DNA of 64,000 bases from Eledone cirrhosa. Lineage: Eukaryota. The translations under genes were made by a program, and so were the position numbers. The stretch covers positions 79,980,001-80,044,000 of the forward strand of contig OZ024742.1 of the NCBI GenBank assembly GCA_964016885.1, written 5' to 3'. The notes under the pieces are model-generated. The model saw only the letters and a program-made list of their open reading frames with translations, ran no database searches and was not told where the DNA came from. Of the stretch, positions 50,059 to 63,700 are shown one piece after another (within the stretch, counting starts at the first letter, position 1; each line of letters begins with the position of its first letter).

Positions 50059-52310
50059 TTAAACCATATTTAATGCTGGTCTATATTTTTGAATAAACAT
50101 ATTTTCCTTATTTATTCGTATTTGTTCTGTTGTATTGTTAGCGCAAAGGTAAAATGGGAAGATTTGGAATTTGGGTGGCTTATTACTTGCGCATATGTCT
50201 AGATGTGCGCTTAGTTGTATCTGTCTCGTGGTTGGATCTCGTAATTGTTGGCGATGAACTGTCATTCGGTTTCTGAGTTTGAGTTTAGTTTGTCCTATAT
50301 AATCTTCATTGCATCCTTTACATTTAATGGCATAAAGAGGATCTTTTGATGAGCAAGTGAAGTGATTTTTTACAGTAAAATGTTGTCCTGATTTAACTGT
50401 ATACGTGTTGCCTTCAATGAGGTGAGTGCAGGTTCCACAATTAGAGCGACCACATTTTTTGACAGTTGGTTGTGGGTTTGAGGTAGGTAATTTGGCATTG
50501 GTGAGTAATGTTTTCAGTGATTTCGGTTGTCTTTTGCTTTTGATTATTTTGTGTGTTTCAAGGGCTTTTTTCATTCTTGTGTTTTGTTTTAGTAGTGGGA
50601 TGTTCTTGTGAATAGTGTTGTAAGCTTCCGCATTTCTTGGGTTGTGTGTTGAGATATATGATAGAATATTGGACGTACCTTGAATTTGTTTCTGTTTTGG
50701 TAATTCAACAATGCCTATTGCTTTAGCCCTTTCTATTCCATTATTTATTAGTAATGGTGGGTACTCTCTTTCGAGTAGAATTTCCTCTAATTCTTGAAGT
50801 CTTTTATTTCGCGTTTCATAATTGGAGACAATTGTGCAAATTCTTCTTGCTAGGTTAGAAGGGATGTTCGTCTTTGTGTGCTTTGGATGGTTGGAGGTGA
50901 ATAGCAGGTATTGTTTAGAATCTGTTGGTTTGTAGAGTATGTCAGTTTCAATATTTGTGTCTTTTTTTAAGATTAAGATGTCCAGAAATGGGAGTTGATC
51001 TTGGCTGTATTCCATTGTGAATTGGATGTGGTTATTGATGCCGTTTATTAAGTTTTTGAAATCCTTCAGTTGGTCGAGTGTGTGGGACCAAAGAATGAGA
51101 CAATCATTCAAGTAGCGTTTCCAATTCTCTGATAAATATTTGTGGAAGTTCAATCCGTATTCTGATTTGGACTGTTTATATATCTGGACTTCTAAGTATG
51201 CCATGATTAAGTTGGCATAAGTTGGAGCGGCTTTTGTACCCTTCGCAGTCCCCGATATTTGCTTGTAAGTACTGCCATCGAAATCAAAAACGTTGTTCTG
51301 TTAGATGAATTTTAATCCCTCGGTGATGAGGCTTTTTTCTATTCTGCCAGGTATCTCATTGGGATATTTCTCTAGCCAGAATCCTATTGCTTCTAGTCCG
51401 TATTGGTGTGGGATCGTTGTGTAGAGATTCACTACATGGAAAGACACGATAATAGTGTCGTTGTTGACATTTTTGGGGAGTTGGTTTAAAGAGGTCCAGA
51501 TCGTCTCTTACAAGGATTGGTATGTGTTAGAGAATTGGCTTTAGTAGTATGTCTATAAAGTTGCTCAGTCTGTGTGTTTCACATTGTGGGCCCGCTACAA
51601 TTGGTCTTAATTTAAGGTATGTGGGGTATTGTTTGTTCATGCAGGCTGATGTTGATTGTTTACAGGCATCGTTAATTATTTTATACTTGTGGATCTTCGG
51701 AAGTCCGTAAAGGTTGCTGGTTTTGTATTCGATATGTGTTAAATAATCGCGTTCCTTATTAGTTAGGTCTTCCTGGTATCGATAAATCAGTGTGTTTAAT
51801 CTCGTCATTGTTTTTGATTGCTGGTAGTTTTTTACTCTTTCATAGTAATTAGTATTTTGTAAGAGAGAGAACATAGAATTTTTATATTTTTCAGCCTCCA
51901 TAATGACAACAGTATTCCCCTTCTCCGTTTCCTTAATTATAATGTCCATATTGTTTTTTAGTTCATGGATAATCTCCCATTCCCTTCGACTCATGTTAAG
52001 TTTGGGTTTAGGTTGCGGTAGTTTATGGTATGGGAAGGTAGCTATGTGGTCACCAAATTTGTCCAGAGCTCTGTTTCTACCTTTTGTTGGGTTGTAGCTG
52101 CTTTTATTCCGTACAATTGATTCGTCGTTATTCTCCTTGTCAAAGAATTCCTCTGTGAGACGTAATTTTCTACAGATGTGGGAGATATCCTCATTTATCT
52201 CATTGGGGTTAGAGTATTATGGTATTGGTATGAATTTCACTCCTTTGGAGAGAATCTTTACTTGTTGGGCTGAGAGGTTTGTATTCGAAAGGTTGATTAT
52301 ATTCGGTTTT
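50059..52310 (-). pseudogene. Penelope RT + GIY-YIG
   Basis: IINLS..ILSKGVKF, KETEKG, YGLPKIHK, RPIVAG, RYLND (D to N), CGRSNCGTC, LYAIKCKGCNEDYIGQT. Confidence 0.9.
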
Positions 52311-52721
52311 TCAAAATCGTTTGTGCCACCGGGTGTCGTGGGTCCTGTAGCCTTGGTCTAAAAAAGGATTTTTCTGGAATGTTTTTCCAATGGTATTATT
52401 ATATCTAATGGCATTTCCCCTGTTGTTGTGTGGTCTTGTATAGAAGTTTCGGACGTATTGAGGTTCGGTTTGTTGATAGTCCGGGTTGTAGATTTTGTTC
52501 CTTTGTGTGGGTTGGGATCTACGGTTTTGGAACATGCTCTGTGTGGGCAGGGGTTTACGGTTTTGGAATAGGTTTTGTGTGGGTTGTGATCTGCGGATCG
52601 GGTCCTGCCTTGTGTTCGGGGATTTTCGGTTTTTGTTAGTAGGGTTATAGTTTTGTCTATGGTTTCTGGGATTATCGTTATAGTTTTGCTGGGGGTAAGT
52701 TGGACGTATATATATATATAT

Positions 52722-53516
52722 AAGCTGGGTTCCGTATGACACGTGCTATAATTCATATCGTACACAATTCATTCTCTAATATTTTTAGAAGTGAAAGGAT
52801 CACTAATTTCTCAACAACTACTCAGGAGCATAGAAACGTGAAAACTTCACTTAATAAGTCGTTGCGAAACAGTCTCCAGCACTGTCCAATTTTTCCCATG
52901 CATTTTTGCCCAATATAGGTCTGTTATTTTTCTTAATTTATCTTAATTCAATATTTAAAGTTAAGGATAACATTCTATATTGCTGCCGTTAGTATTCTTT
53001 CACCCTAGAAAATTTTAGTCCTTACGATTCGAACACATGTATGTTTATATTAGTGTTCATCTCTCTTGTTTATTCAATTATATTGTATGGTTCGGAAAAG
53101 ATTTTTTCTTAGAGCTATTTAATTGTAAGTGACTACCTTGAGTTCTTAACTCAATATATATTTGTCCGCCCATCATATAGAGCTAACTGTTATTGTCCTG
53201 TCAGCCAAGCTGCTATTTTTAGCGGCAGGGAATTTTGAGACAAGCTGGGTTCCGTATGACACGTGCGATAATTCATATCGTACACAATTCATTCTCTAAT
53301 ATTTTTAGAAGTAAAAGGATCACTAATTTCTCAACAACTACTGAGGAGCAGAGAAACGTGAAAACTTCACGTAAAAAGTCGTTGCGAAACAGTCTCCAGC
53401 ACTCTTTAGTTGTTACCAGGCATGTTTGCCCAATATAGGTCTGTTATTTTTCTTAATTTATCTTAATCTAATATTTAAAGTATGTTTATATTAGTGTTCA
53501 TCACTCTTGTTTATTC

Positions 53517-53522
<6 letters not shown>
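52722..53522. repeat. Direct duplication, period ~520 bp
   Basis: AAGCTGGGTTCCGTATGACACGTG at 52722 and 53242; ~80-bp deletion in second copy. Confidence 0.9.
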
Positions 53523-53556
<34 letters not shown>

Positions 53557-53560
<4 letters not shown>

Positions 53561-53616
53561 GTAAGTATGTATGTATACGTACATACATATATGTATACAG
53601 ACGTACAGTAGCATGC

Positions 53617-53681
<65 letters not shown>

Positions 53682-54132
53682 TATACATATATACATACAG
53701 GTACACATACATATATGCACGCATCAGTTTAGCGGACGTTTATTACAACGCCGCTTTGTTCGTTTGTTTGTCAACAAACCGAACAGCCTGAATTTATGCC
53801 ATACGGTGTTAAGGCAACCACGTCACCTTTTTGTTCAACACTGACACAGGAACGATGTACTAGTTTCAAGCTTGTTAGCTATCATCAGCACCGTTTACCC
53901 ATCTGCCAGATAGTTGAACGTTCGAAAGTATATACTTTCCTTATGAAAATTAACGGCTGAGCAGCCTAATTTGCATATTGAGTGAGTTAAATCGGTCAGG
54001 CATACCGAAAACGATAAGTTGAAAAAAATGAAAACGAAATTTCATTTCTCACTCTTAGTATGGCACTTACTTAAATGTAAGTATGTATGTATACGTACAT
54101 ACATATATGTATACAGACGTACAGTAGCATGC

Positions 54133-54189
<57 letters not shown>

Positions 54190-54475
54190 TATACATATAT
54201 ACATACAGGTACACATACATATATGCACGCATCAGTTTAGCGGACGTTTATTACAATGCCGCTTTGTTCGTTTGTTTGTCAACAAACCGAACAGCCTGAA
54301 TTTATGCCATACGGTGTTAAGGCAACCACGTCACCTTTTTGTTCAACACTGACACAGGAACGATGTACTAGTTTCAAGCTTGTTAGCTATCATCAGCACC
54401 GTTTACCCATCTGCCAGATAGTTGAACGTTCGAAAGTATATACTTCCCTTATGAAAATTAACGGCTGAGCAGCCG
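53557..54475. repeat. Near-identical direct duplication, period ~515 bp
   Basis: AAATGTAAGTATGTATG at 53557 and 54073; both end in AACGGCTGAGCAGCC. Confidence 0.9.
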
Positions 54476-54494
54476 TTTTCATTTTTTTTCAACC

Positions 54495-54529
<35 letters not shown>

Positions 54530-54534
<5 letters not shown>

Positions 54535-54859
54535 AGATCAAAAGATGGTTAAAAGAGTTCCATGTATTTTATTATGCGCATTTCAAAAACAAATATCATC
54601 ATGCAATAACATTTGCGTTTTCGTCAGATAAAATAGGGAGACATGATTTGAAGGTTAAAACACACTTGTCAATAGAGCAGTTTTAAATCAACATATGTTG
54701 ATTTAAAACTGCACTATTCACAAGTGTTTTTTAACCTTCATATCATGTCTCCCTATTTTATCTGACGAAAACGCAAACGTTATTGCATGATGATATTTGT
54801 TTTTGAAATGCGCATAATTAAATACATGAAACTCTTTTAACCATCTTTTGATCTTATAT
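54530..54859. mobile_element. Spacer-less fold-back palindrome with a hammerhead in each arm
   Basis: Centre ACAT|ATGT at 54694/54695; HHR 54565-54635 (-) reads TATTTTAT-CTGACGA-...-GAAA-TGCGCA-TA-ATAAAATA; mirror 54754-54824 (+). Confidence 0.88.
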
Positions 54860-54947
54860 ATTATTGATACTCCAGTCCTACAAACTGTAGAGTGCTACTT
54901 ATCCGATATCTGCATTCCTTTATTGTACTACAATAAAACTCACCTCC

Positions 54948-55011
<64 letters not shown>

Positions 55012-55054
55012 TGGGAGGGCTGCTTGGATGAAGTTAGAGGCATTGTGTTGACAC

Positions 55055-55700
55055 TCTTCTTCTTCTTCTTCTTCTTCTTCTTCTTCTTCTTCTTCTTCTT
55101 CTTCTTCTTCTTCTTCTTCTTCTTCTTCTTCTTCTTCTTCTTCTCCACCCCATTATTCCTGGGAGAGTCGTAGAGATAGAGCCATCACATATACCTTCCA
55201 GTAGATCAGAAGCAACCGTTTGAATTCGATCCGGCTGGATCCCAAGGCACAACCAGCCAATCTTCTCGAAGTTATGACTCCATTCCGATCGCTCGTATTC
55301 GTGATTGTATTCTTTCGGTCATTACCCAAGATGCATGACCATAGTTAAAGGTTGTCCCGAAAACAAAATCGAAGGTAGCAATTTTGGCTATTTCACTTAT
55401 CTCTCTTGCTCTAATTACCGAGTGCTGAAGCTGGGACATTAGTACACCAGTTCTTACAATACTTGCCCTTAATTCAGTCTTCTACGTGCCATCATTCGTT
55501 AATACGGTCCCGAAATACTTGAACTTCTCCACCTGCTTCAGGCAAATCCTTTCACATATAGAGTGCATTGTGCAGGCTTCCTTCGGAGGATCAATGTCAT
55601 CCCGGTTGTGCAAAACTCCTTATGAAACATATCAATCGCATGTCAAAAATCACATTTTAGTGTATTTCGCAAGTACCAGCCGGCTGATACTACACCAACC
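55055..55700 (-). mobile_element. Decayed RTE-like LINE 3' end with (GAA)n tail
   Basis: (TTC)n tract; minus-strand VEKFKYFGT and YGHASWV-like remnants. Confidence 0.5.
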
Positions 55701-56699
55701 AATTACTATACCACTTCTAACCCGACTCCGCGTGTCAATATTTTCCATGTAGATAATGAACTAGGGAGATGATAGCACCCTCTATGTTTCGTTAGTTAGC
55801 ATATACTCCACAATCCCCGTACATTCTTTGGCAGATACTTGAAATATACTTTGCAAGGGAGAATTAAGAAAGAGATAACTCTATAACAATCTCACCTTCT
55901 TTGAAGATTTTGATTTTGACAACCTGTTGTCACTGCTTAGGTGCCTTTCCAGTAAATATGTGTGACGAGGCCAAGTGGCACATATGACTCAGCCAGAGAA
56001 TATTTTCTTTATTTAACATCTCGGGTTTAATATTATCTTCCCTAGGTTCCTTGACAGATTGTTTCTCGTTAATTGCTTTGTGACCTTAATCAACATGATG
56101 TTCATCATCGCTCCCAGATACACCTCGTGTCCAACAATATATTATGTTGTAACAGGGTTTAGGAGATCAGTAAATCATTCTCTCTACATTGCGAGGATGT
56201 TTCTTCTCTGAAGAAACGAGAACCCTAAATGCAATCCTGATAGCAGATGTGGAGCAGCATTTCGTATTACGAAGTCAGCGGAGTGTATACCAGAAAGGTG
56301 ATTTGCTTATGTGAATTCGGGTACCAACGTAACCCCAACGTTCTTCGATATATTAAATTTTGGACGCCTTTAATGCCTCTGCTGCAACCTTTCGCACCTG
56401 ATATTTTACCGCTTCTTAACATCTTAACATTACTGCAGGAGACAGGGTTGCCAGAGAAAAGATCTCTACATGAAGAGAACTGCCGTCCGTTTGTGGCATT
56501 CCTCAATGCATAACTGAAGAATCGTGAGCGGATACCAAGAAGAAACATGTGCGTGATGTTCTCTACCAGTCAGGGCTGGTGGAATTTTGGGGAAAGGGAG
56601 CAAAGAAATGAAGACTAATTTGAGGTTAGTTGGCAGGAAATTGAATCAGCGGTGAAAAGCAATCGTACAGCTCGCCTAGCATATGGACGTAAACTCTGT

Positions 56700-58012
56700 C
56701 AAGCTACACGGGAGGCACTAATGTCGGCTCACACCAAATATCTCGACGCTGAGTCAAAGATTACTAATTGAATCTGAGTCAGAGCATACAGTCTGCAATA
56801 TATTCTGAGACGGGCGACATCATGTACGCATTCATCATGAAGGCAACTGGTCCAATCACCACCAAGACATCTCTGATGTCCAAGATAGGATGAAGTAACA
56901 CGCATCAATGAGAGAAGTTGAAGAGATGGGTAAAGCACTACCTAGAGTGGTACTCCATGAAAAACGTTGTATCAGAAGCAGTTCTGAGCACTATTCGAGA
57001 GCTGCCTGTCATGGTGGAGCTGGATACAGAGTCAAAGAAAGAAGGGCTGAGCAAGGCCATAGAGTGTCTGACAGTTAGAAAGGCTACAGGAGAGCGCAGG
57101 ATACTTCCGCACGCGTATACTCAGAGATGCAATGTAGGATCAGTAGTGATTTGGAAGGGAACTGACTATTCCCACTCATCCACATCGAGAGTCACGAGCT
57201 CAAATCTGTTGACTGTTTACAGTATCTGGGATCTACAAGAATCTCGAATCTTTCTCATGAACGAGAGATCAATTCAAGAATTGCGACGGCCGCCGGGTCA
57301 TGTCGAAACTTCATAAGAGGGTGTCGCCAAACGACATCTTGACTGATAACATCAAAATGCTGGTGTAGCAAGTTTGCATTCTAAGCTCCCTACTCTACTC
57401 TAGTGAACCATGGACCACATAATCCACCTAAAAGAGAAGACTAAGCAGTTTCCATCTCCGTTGCCTTAGACCGCGCAAATATGGAATGAATCTGTTGACA
57501 AGATATTATCTCAGATACTGAAATGCTTGAGCGTGCAAAATTGCTCAATCTCTTTGCTCTTCTAAGCCAACGCGATCTTGAGTGTCTAGGCCATGTTCGC
57601 CGAATGTTTAACGGCCGCATTCCTAATAATCTGCTGTACGGTGAACTATTTGTGGGATCTAGCAAACTAGGCCGTCCCCCACTGAGATATAAAGATATAT
57701 TCAAACGAGACATGAAAAGAACAGGAATTGATATGCAGTTCTGTGAAAGCTTTGTAGGGTCACGTGAATCCTGTAAATGCACTATTCAGAGAGGGGCAAA
57801 TCAAATACAGGGAAATTATATCGAGTCGCTGAAAAGAAAAAGAGCCACATGCAAGTCAGGTCCTGTAAAGCAAGTAGAATGTCCCTATATTTACCCTCAC
57901 AGGGTAGAGATTGCCACACTATCATCGGTCTACACAGTCACAGCAGGAAATGCAGCACACGGCAGTGACTAAATTCCTGGATCAGCCATCGTCTCTCGAG
58001 ACGGAAGGAGTC
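56700..58012 (+). mobile_element. Decayed RTE (BovB-like) LINE fragment
   Basis: RWVKHY, LGHVRRMFNGRIPNNLLYGEL, GRPPLRYKD...KRDMK, terminal C..H remnant and CCATCGTCTCTCGAGACGG end. Confidence 0.8.
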
Positions 58013-58669
58013 CAAATAGAAATATATATATAACAAAAAACGGAAATGCAATTGGAGAGTATAAGAAGTTTTATTTACAGCAATTTATAACGTTACTGGT
58101 TTCACAAGATGCGTGATTTTCAAGTTAAACAAAATGTCTTAAATGCTCGCAGATGGAATTAACAACGTATCTTCTCAATGTATTGAGCATTAGATCTTCA
58201 CCAGGAAATAATAACATTAGTTGGAAAAGGAGACCGGATGAGATAAACCAGTAGAAAATATAAACACACTAGAGAATTTGAGGTGTTTATCGGTAGTGGA
58301 GAATTTGTCAGACATCTAGAGGTGTACGTAGTCCAGCATGTAGATGTCTCTGCAAAACTATTCCAGTTTGTAGGTGGTGCTTGTCGTTGTCTTTCGATGA
58401 GGTGCATCAAGGGATGTCTGATATGCCTTTATGGATCAGGCTTAGCAGGTATATGCTTCAAGTCTCTGTGTATGTGGATGGGTTTATCGGATATATCCCC
58501 CCAACACACGCATATACGCACATACACACACGCACACACACACACGCACACACACACACTCACACATACACACGCGAGCGCGCACACCCCACACCTCCAC
58601 ACCTCCACATATATATATATATTTATATACATGTGAGTGTGATTGTGTGTATGAGAGAGAGATCTAGAT

Positions 58670-58985
58670 TGCGTATAGTTTATAGCATTTGACTTACACT
58701 TGTGAGGGTGTGAGTTCAATTACCGGACCAGTATATGAGTTTTGACCTCGAGGACGTAACTTTATTTAACGTTGCTCAGCTATAGACATAAGTTGCGACG
58801 TCACTGGTGCCAAGCTATATTTGCCATTGACTTTCTTTTACATTACATCGGTGGCATCGATAAGGGACACTGGTATGCTTGGGTAACTGCTAGTCTTACC
58901 CCCAAAAACCTTATTCGGGCTTGTGTCTTGGAGGGGAACTTTCTAAGTGCAAATCCATTACATATTCTTGATCGAAGGTGGTCCT
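58670..58985 (+). mobile_element. Degenerate SINE of a second family
   Basis: tRNA-like head GTGAGTTCAATTACC followed by body; weak. Confidence 0.4.
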
Positions 58986-59816
58986 TTGTTAGATAAATGT
59001 CGGAATACCTGATGATATCACTGGATTCATACTGAACCCGGTCATTGAAATGTTCATAGTATAATAAATCTTTAAGGAATTACACCAGTCCAACCTCCTG
59101 TCTTTTTATAATAATTAACTCCGTACTCGCACCCCCACCAACACAAACGAAGACGGCTGAGTTGTATTACGTCGAGTGCTCTCCCTAATATTACATCAAC
59201 GCTGACTTTACGGAATGACCAGTTTTATCCAGTCGTGAACCAACAAACTGGTCATAGAACTGGTCATTCCGTATAGTCAACGTTGATGTAATATTAGGGA
59301 GAGCACTCGACGTAATACAAATCACCCGTCTTCGTTTGTGTTGGTGGGGTGCGAGTACGGAGTTAATTATTATAAAAATACAGGAGGCTGGACTGGTGTA
59401 ATTCCTTAAAGATTTATTACACTATGAACATTTCAATGGCCGGGTTCAGTATGAATCCGGTGATATCAACAGGTATTCCGACATTTATCTAACAAATGAA
59501 TATAATAATAGATACAATCCAAGTGGCTGAAAAGTAGAGAGAAATGGCCAAGACGAGAAGGCGGACAAAAATTAACAGTAGCTATTCCGGGCGACAAGAG
59601 AAGATTAAGTAGATTCCTCACTGGCAGGCGGCCGCCCGGACTAGCAACTGATAATGGGCATATCTCTCTGTTTTCAGCCACTTAGATTGTATCTATTATT
59701 ATATTCCTTTGTTGGATAAATTTCGGAATACCTGATGATATCACCGTTTTCATACTGAACCCGGTCATTGAAATGTTTATAGTATAATACATTTTTAAGG
59801 AATTACACCAGTCCAG
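58985..59816. mobile_element. Zig-zag triple pLTR with three hammerhead copies
   Basis: HHR ATAC-CTGATGA-...-GAAA-TGTTCA-TA-GTAT at 59005-59062 (+), 59419-59476 (-), 59728-59785 (+); two successive inversions. Confidence 0.85.
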
Positions 59817-60232
59817 TGTGTGCGCGTGCGTGTGTGCTTGTACGCGTGTGTGTGCGTGCGTGAGGTTGTGTGTGTGTATGTATGCATATCACTCTCAATA
59901 ACAATAGCAAGGATTATGCTAACATCTGGCGCACTAACATCAGCCTATGTCGTCGACATTAGATATGCTCATGACTGAAATGTAAAGGTAATAGTTTAGT
60001 AAAAACTTATAAAGTTAGCTTTAATAGATAATTATCTTCTGCATTTGATGAATAAATAATTAACGTGTTTGCCGCTTAGGAGCGTTATGGAAATATCCAA
60101 AGCTGTCGACCTGAAACACGATTTGGTGTGGGTGAGTTAAAATAGTTGTATAGCTGAATGTTGGCTTATCAAAGAACAAAATATAAAAATAAAATACATT
60201 ATCTAGCTGGCCTAACTCTTCAGATGAAATTA

Positions 60233-60414
60233 ATTGTTTCTACTTTAGGCACAAGGCCAGCAATTACTCAGTGCATTACTGGTACCTTATTTTATCGACC
60301 CCGTAAGGATGAAAGGCAAAGTCAACCTCGGCGGGATTTGAACTCAGATCGTAAAGGGACGTAACTATGCTGGAAAGCATGGCGTCCGACCCTCTACCGA
60401 TACTGCCAATCCAC
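60233..60414 (-). mobile_element. tRNA-derived SINE
   Basis: Very similar to 7103-7288. Confidence 0.85.
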
Positions 60415-60599
60415 GAAATTAATGTACTGAGATAATGTATGGCAAGCCTATGGTGCGATAAATCTGAAAATGACAGAGCTAAATATAATGTCATTATGGA
60501 TATTGATTTCGAAGTTTTCTCCTTTTAATTGGTCAATGCAACTTTATGCAATCAAAAGTATGATTAATCAAATTATTATGAATTAATTTACTCTGATAC

Positions 60600-61330
60600 T
60601 CCTACATATCTGAATACATGGAACCATAAATAAGAAGAGAACCAGAACTGAATACCCAGGAGAGTAAAGCATATATGGTCATCTGAACTATCAGAGTACA
60701 ACAAATACATTGCCCACAATGCTTATGCTGTGCCAATCCTAACGCCAATATTTGGTCTGCTTAACTACTCATTGCAAGATCTAAGTGAGATGGATGTAAG
60801 AACTTGCAACCTTCTTAGTGTTACTGGAAACTTTAACATCAATGGTGATGTGGATAGGCTATACTTCTCACGCAAGGAAAGTGGTCGGAGTGCAAAATTC
60901 ATATTAACATCATACGAGATCCGAATAGTAACATTGAAACAACATCCTCAGCAGAAGAAAAAGGTCACCAACCATGTTGCCAAGGTCTATGAGCATGAGA
61001 AAAATAATATCAGTAGGATAGCCACTGATCTGGAGGAGAGATATGGAATAAGGCATGATATAAATCTTTCTCCCAGGGAAATTGGAAGATCCTATTCAAT
61101 GTTCGAAAAAGATTAAAACATGGAAATATTTACTGAGAAAGTAGTGCATGGGTACCTGAAACGAAACGCACAGATCATAGAGGGAATAAATCGTTCAAAA
61201 TTCCTCACATGGAGTTCTGACAAGTTTATGACATCCCACCTTGAAGGTTATCTCTATGCAATACAGGACCAAGAGATACCTACCAAATATTTGTTTCACA
61301 AAGGAGGAGGGCTATCAGTCGACAAAAAAT
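60600..61330 (+). mobile_element. R4/Dong-like non-LTR retrotransposon fragment
   Basis: IWSSELSEYNK..AHNAYAVPIL, DVDRLYFSRKESGR, VHGYL, EGYLYAIQDQEIPTK. Confidence 0.75.
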
Positions 61331-61339
61331 GATGTAGAC

Positions 61340-62015
61340 TCTGTAAATTCCTGGCCTAGCAGTGGTACCTGGGAGCAAAGGCAGTTCGAGCTAAACATAT
61401 ACAGGCATGGAAATGTCGTCATCCGATTGTTCAAGGTGTGTGCATGGAGCCGAAACAGTCCTGCCCGCAGTCGTAAAATGTTCGAGTATAACTGACTTGA
61501 GGCTTTATGCCGAACACATGTTGTCACATGCAGAACGGATCAAGCACACAGGTGAGTCCATCATGAATGTTGCCACGCCGCCTGGTGGCTATGGCAAAAA
61601 CTGTCGTGTGGTGACATGATTGAAGACAAGGTTTGAAGAGGGAACACTCCTCTTCGGTGAAGACCTGATTTATTTTTTCAGGTTTCAATTGAAGTGAAAA
61701 ATCAGGATTGAAAGGGAAATGTTTCTGTCCAACCAGATTGTTGAAATTTGGACTAGAGAGGCGAGTATGGCCCGAGTGAATGGACTGCTCTAAGTATGCG
61801 CCTGTAGATTGGAGTAGACATTTGTGAGAGGACACTTGTCATAGCGGTCAAGTTTGCTCTGGTTTTCCCCACCTTTATTTTAATTTTACTGTTTCTATTA
61901 TTTTGTTTGTTTTTGTTAGAAACTCATGCTTATCGTACTGTGCCTTTCTGTACTATACTTAAAGTTTTCTTTAAGTGAGCCATATGTTAGTAATAAAGAA
62001 ATCACTATTTATATT
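61340..62015 (+). mobile_element. L1/Tx1 3' fragment
   Basis: CSRCVHGAETVLPAVVKC Zn-finger remnant, AATAAAGAAATC tail as in 10358-16170. Confidence 0.65.
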
Positions 62016-63199
62016 TACGGCATATAGTTGCATCCCTTTACGTTCAGTCTTGAAATTCCTCCGTGCTTAGCTTTGTCTTTCATTCTTACGGGGTTGATAA
62101 AATAAAGTATACGTAACACACTAGAATCAATTTAAGCGAATTCACCCTTCCATAAATTCCCGGCCTTGTACAAATACTAGAATCTATTATTGTCATTATA
62201 ATACATAAAAACTAAAATAATATTTGAATGCTAATTATCAAATTAATTATAGTTTTAATACGACGATTCCATTTTATTTTTATCTTTACTTAATAAACAT
62301 CCGCTGGGATATATAAAATTACAACTCTTGGATGCGAAAATGAGTAAACAGAAATATTGATTAAGAAAAAGATAAAAAACGAAAAAATACTTTCAAACTA
62401 CAATTTAATCTCATGATAATAACTATATGTCTTATAAAGGAAGTGAAAAATACAACCCGTGTCTAAATTGCAAGAGAAGAAAATTAAAACCCACACATGC
62501 ATCTGAAACTTTGGTTTTGTGACATACTTTTAGCTAGCACTCATACACACACAAGTGCACACACACACACACACACATACACACACATACACACACATAT
62601 ACACACACACACGCACATATATACACACATACACACACATACACATGCACACACATATACATACACACACACATATATAATCATAAACATATTGCTGTTT
62701 ACGTATTTGCATCAGTAAAGTGACACTGAGGCATGAGTTCGACGAATTTTGCATATTTGAATACATGCGACTAGGTGGCAATGACTATGATCGATAGATA
62801 GATGCTTAGATAAATGAAATAAAAAAGAACAATGGTTGATAAGACAGCCAAAGTGTATTTAAAATGTGATATTGTAAATCCACACATTTGGATGAAACAT
62901 GCAATCATCAGCACAAGTTGACTACACGTGTTTACTTTACACGCGATAAGATATTAAACAAAGTGTGAAGCACATATTACACTTATATAGAAAAATATGT
63001 CTCTTGAATAATTCACAGATCTATTTGCTGGTTTCAATGTATTCTTACTATTCATATCCTGATATATTTATTCAATAAGTAAAACGAAGTTATATGTTTT
63101 TCACGATAACGTTTATAGCATTTCTTATCAAGCAATTAAATACTAAAACTGACATATTCTGTATAGATATATCAATCACTGATATGTGCTAAATATATG

Positions 63200-63700
63200 T
63201 CTAATGCTGAGCCATGTCAGGAGATCATTCGTGATGATCTATTATTTTCCATTGTTTAATATTCATTTCTACATGTGTCGCTAATCTCTCTTTAATTGAC
63301 CCTTGACCTATGGGATTCTAAGTATTGATATAACAGTTAAAATCTGGAAAACACTATTCTCGATTAATCCCACTTCATTCCTAGTGGAAGAGAGATATGT
63401 ATTAAGCTTATGAATGTTTGAAGACTCTTCATCCATGAGCACCCGATCTTTTTTTATAATTTTTCTTTAAGTTGTGATTTGTTGGTGTATTGCTCCAGAC
63501 AATTCTTCACTAACCAAATCTTTAACCAAAGAAATTTCCGTTGGATGCAGATCCACTCCATGTTTCCACGCAAGAAGTGCATCCATGCTCAGTTATACTG
63601 ATATATCATTATTTTCTAAGACATATGGTGCATTTTAAGTTATATCTACCTGGTAATTATAGCAGATAGTGCAACAATGTGGAGAGTCCTTCGACCTCTC
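63200..63700 (-). pseudogene. Possible highly decayed Mutator-like transposase remnant
   Basis: Scattered DISV, SKNC, SS..NEV, KERLATHV-like pieces in broken frames; weak. Confidence 0.2.

Larger units (their letters stand above)
48840..52708 (-). mobile_element. Decayed, 5'-truncated Neptune-type PLE
   Basis: ORF1 tail, RT, Zn linker, GIY-YIG, 3'UTR and pLTR with hammerhead; (TA)n at both ends. Confidence 0.9.

Noticed and set aside
58085-58128. Possible minus-strand UUGAAAA...GAAACCAGTA hammerhead
   Set aside because: Stem II and helix I register do not fit
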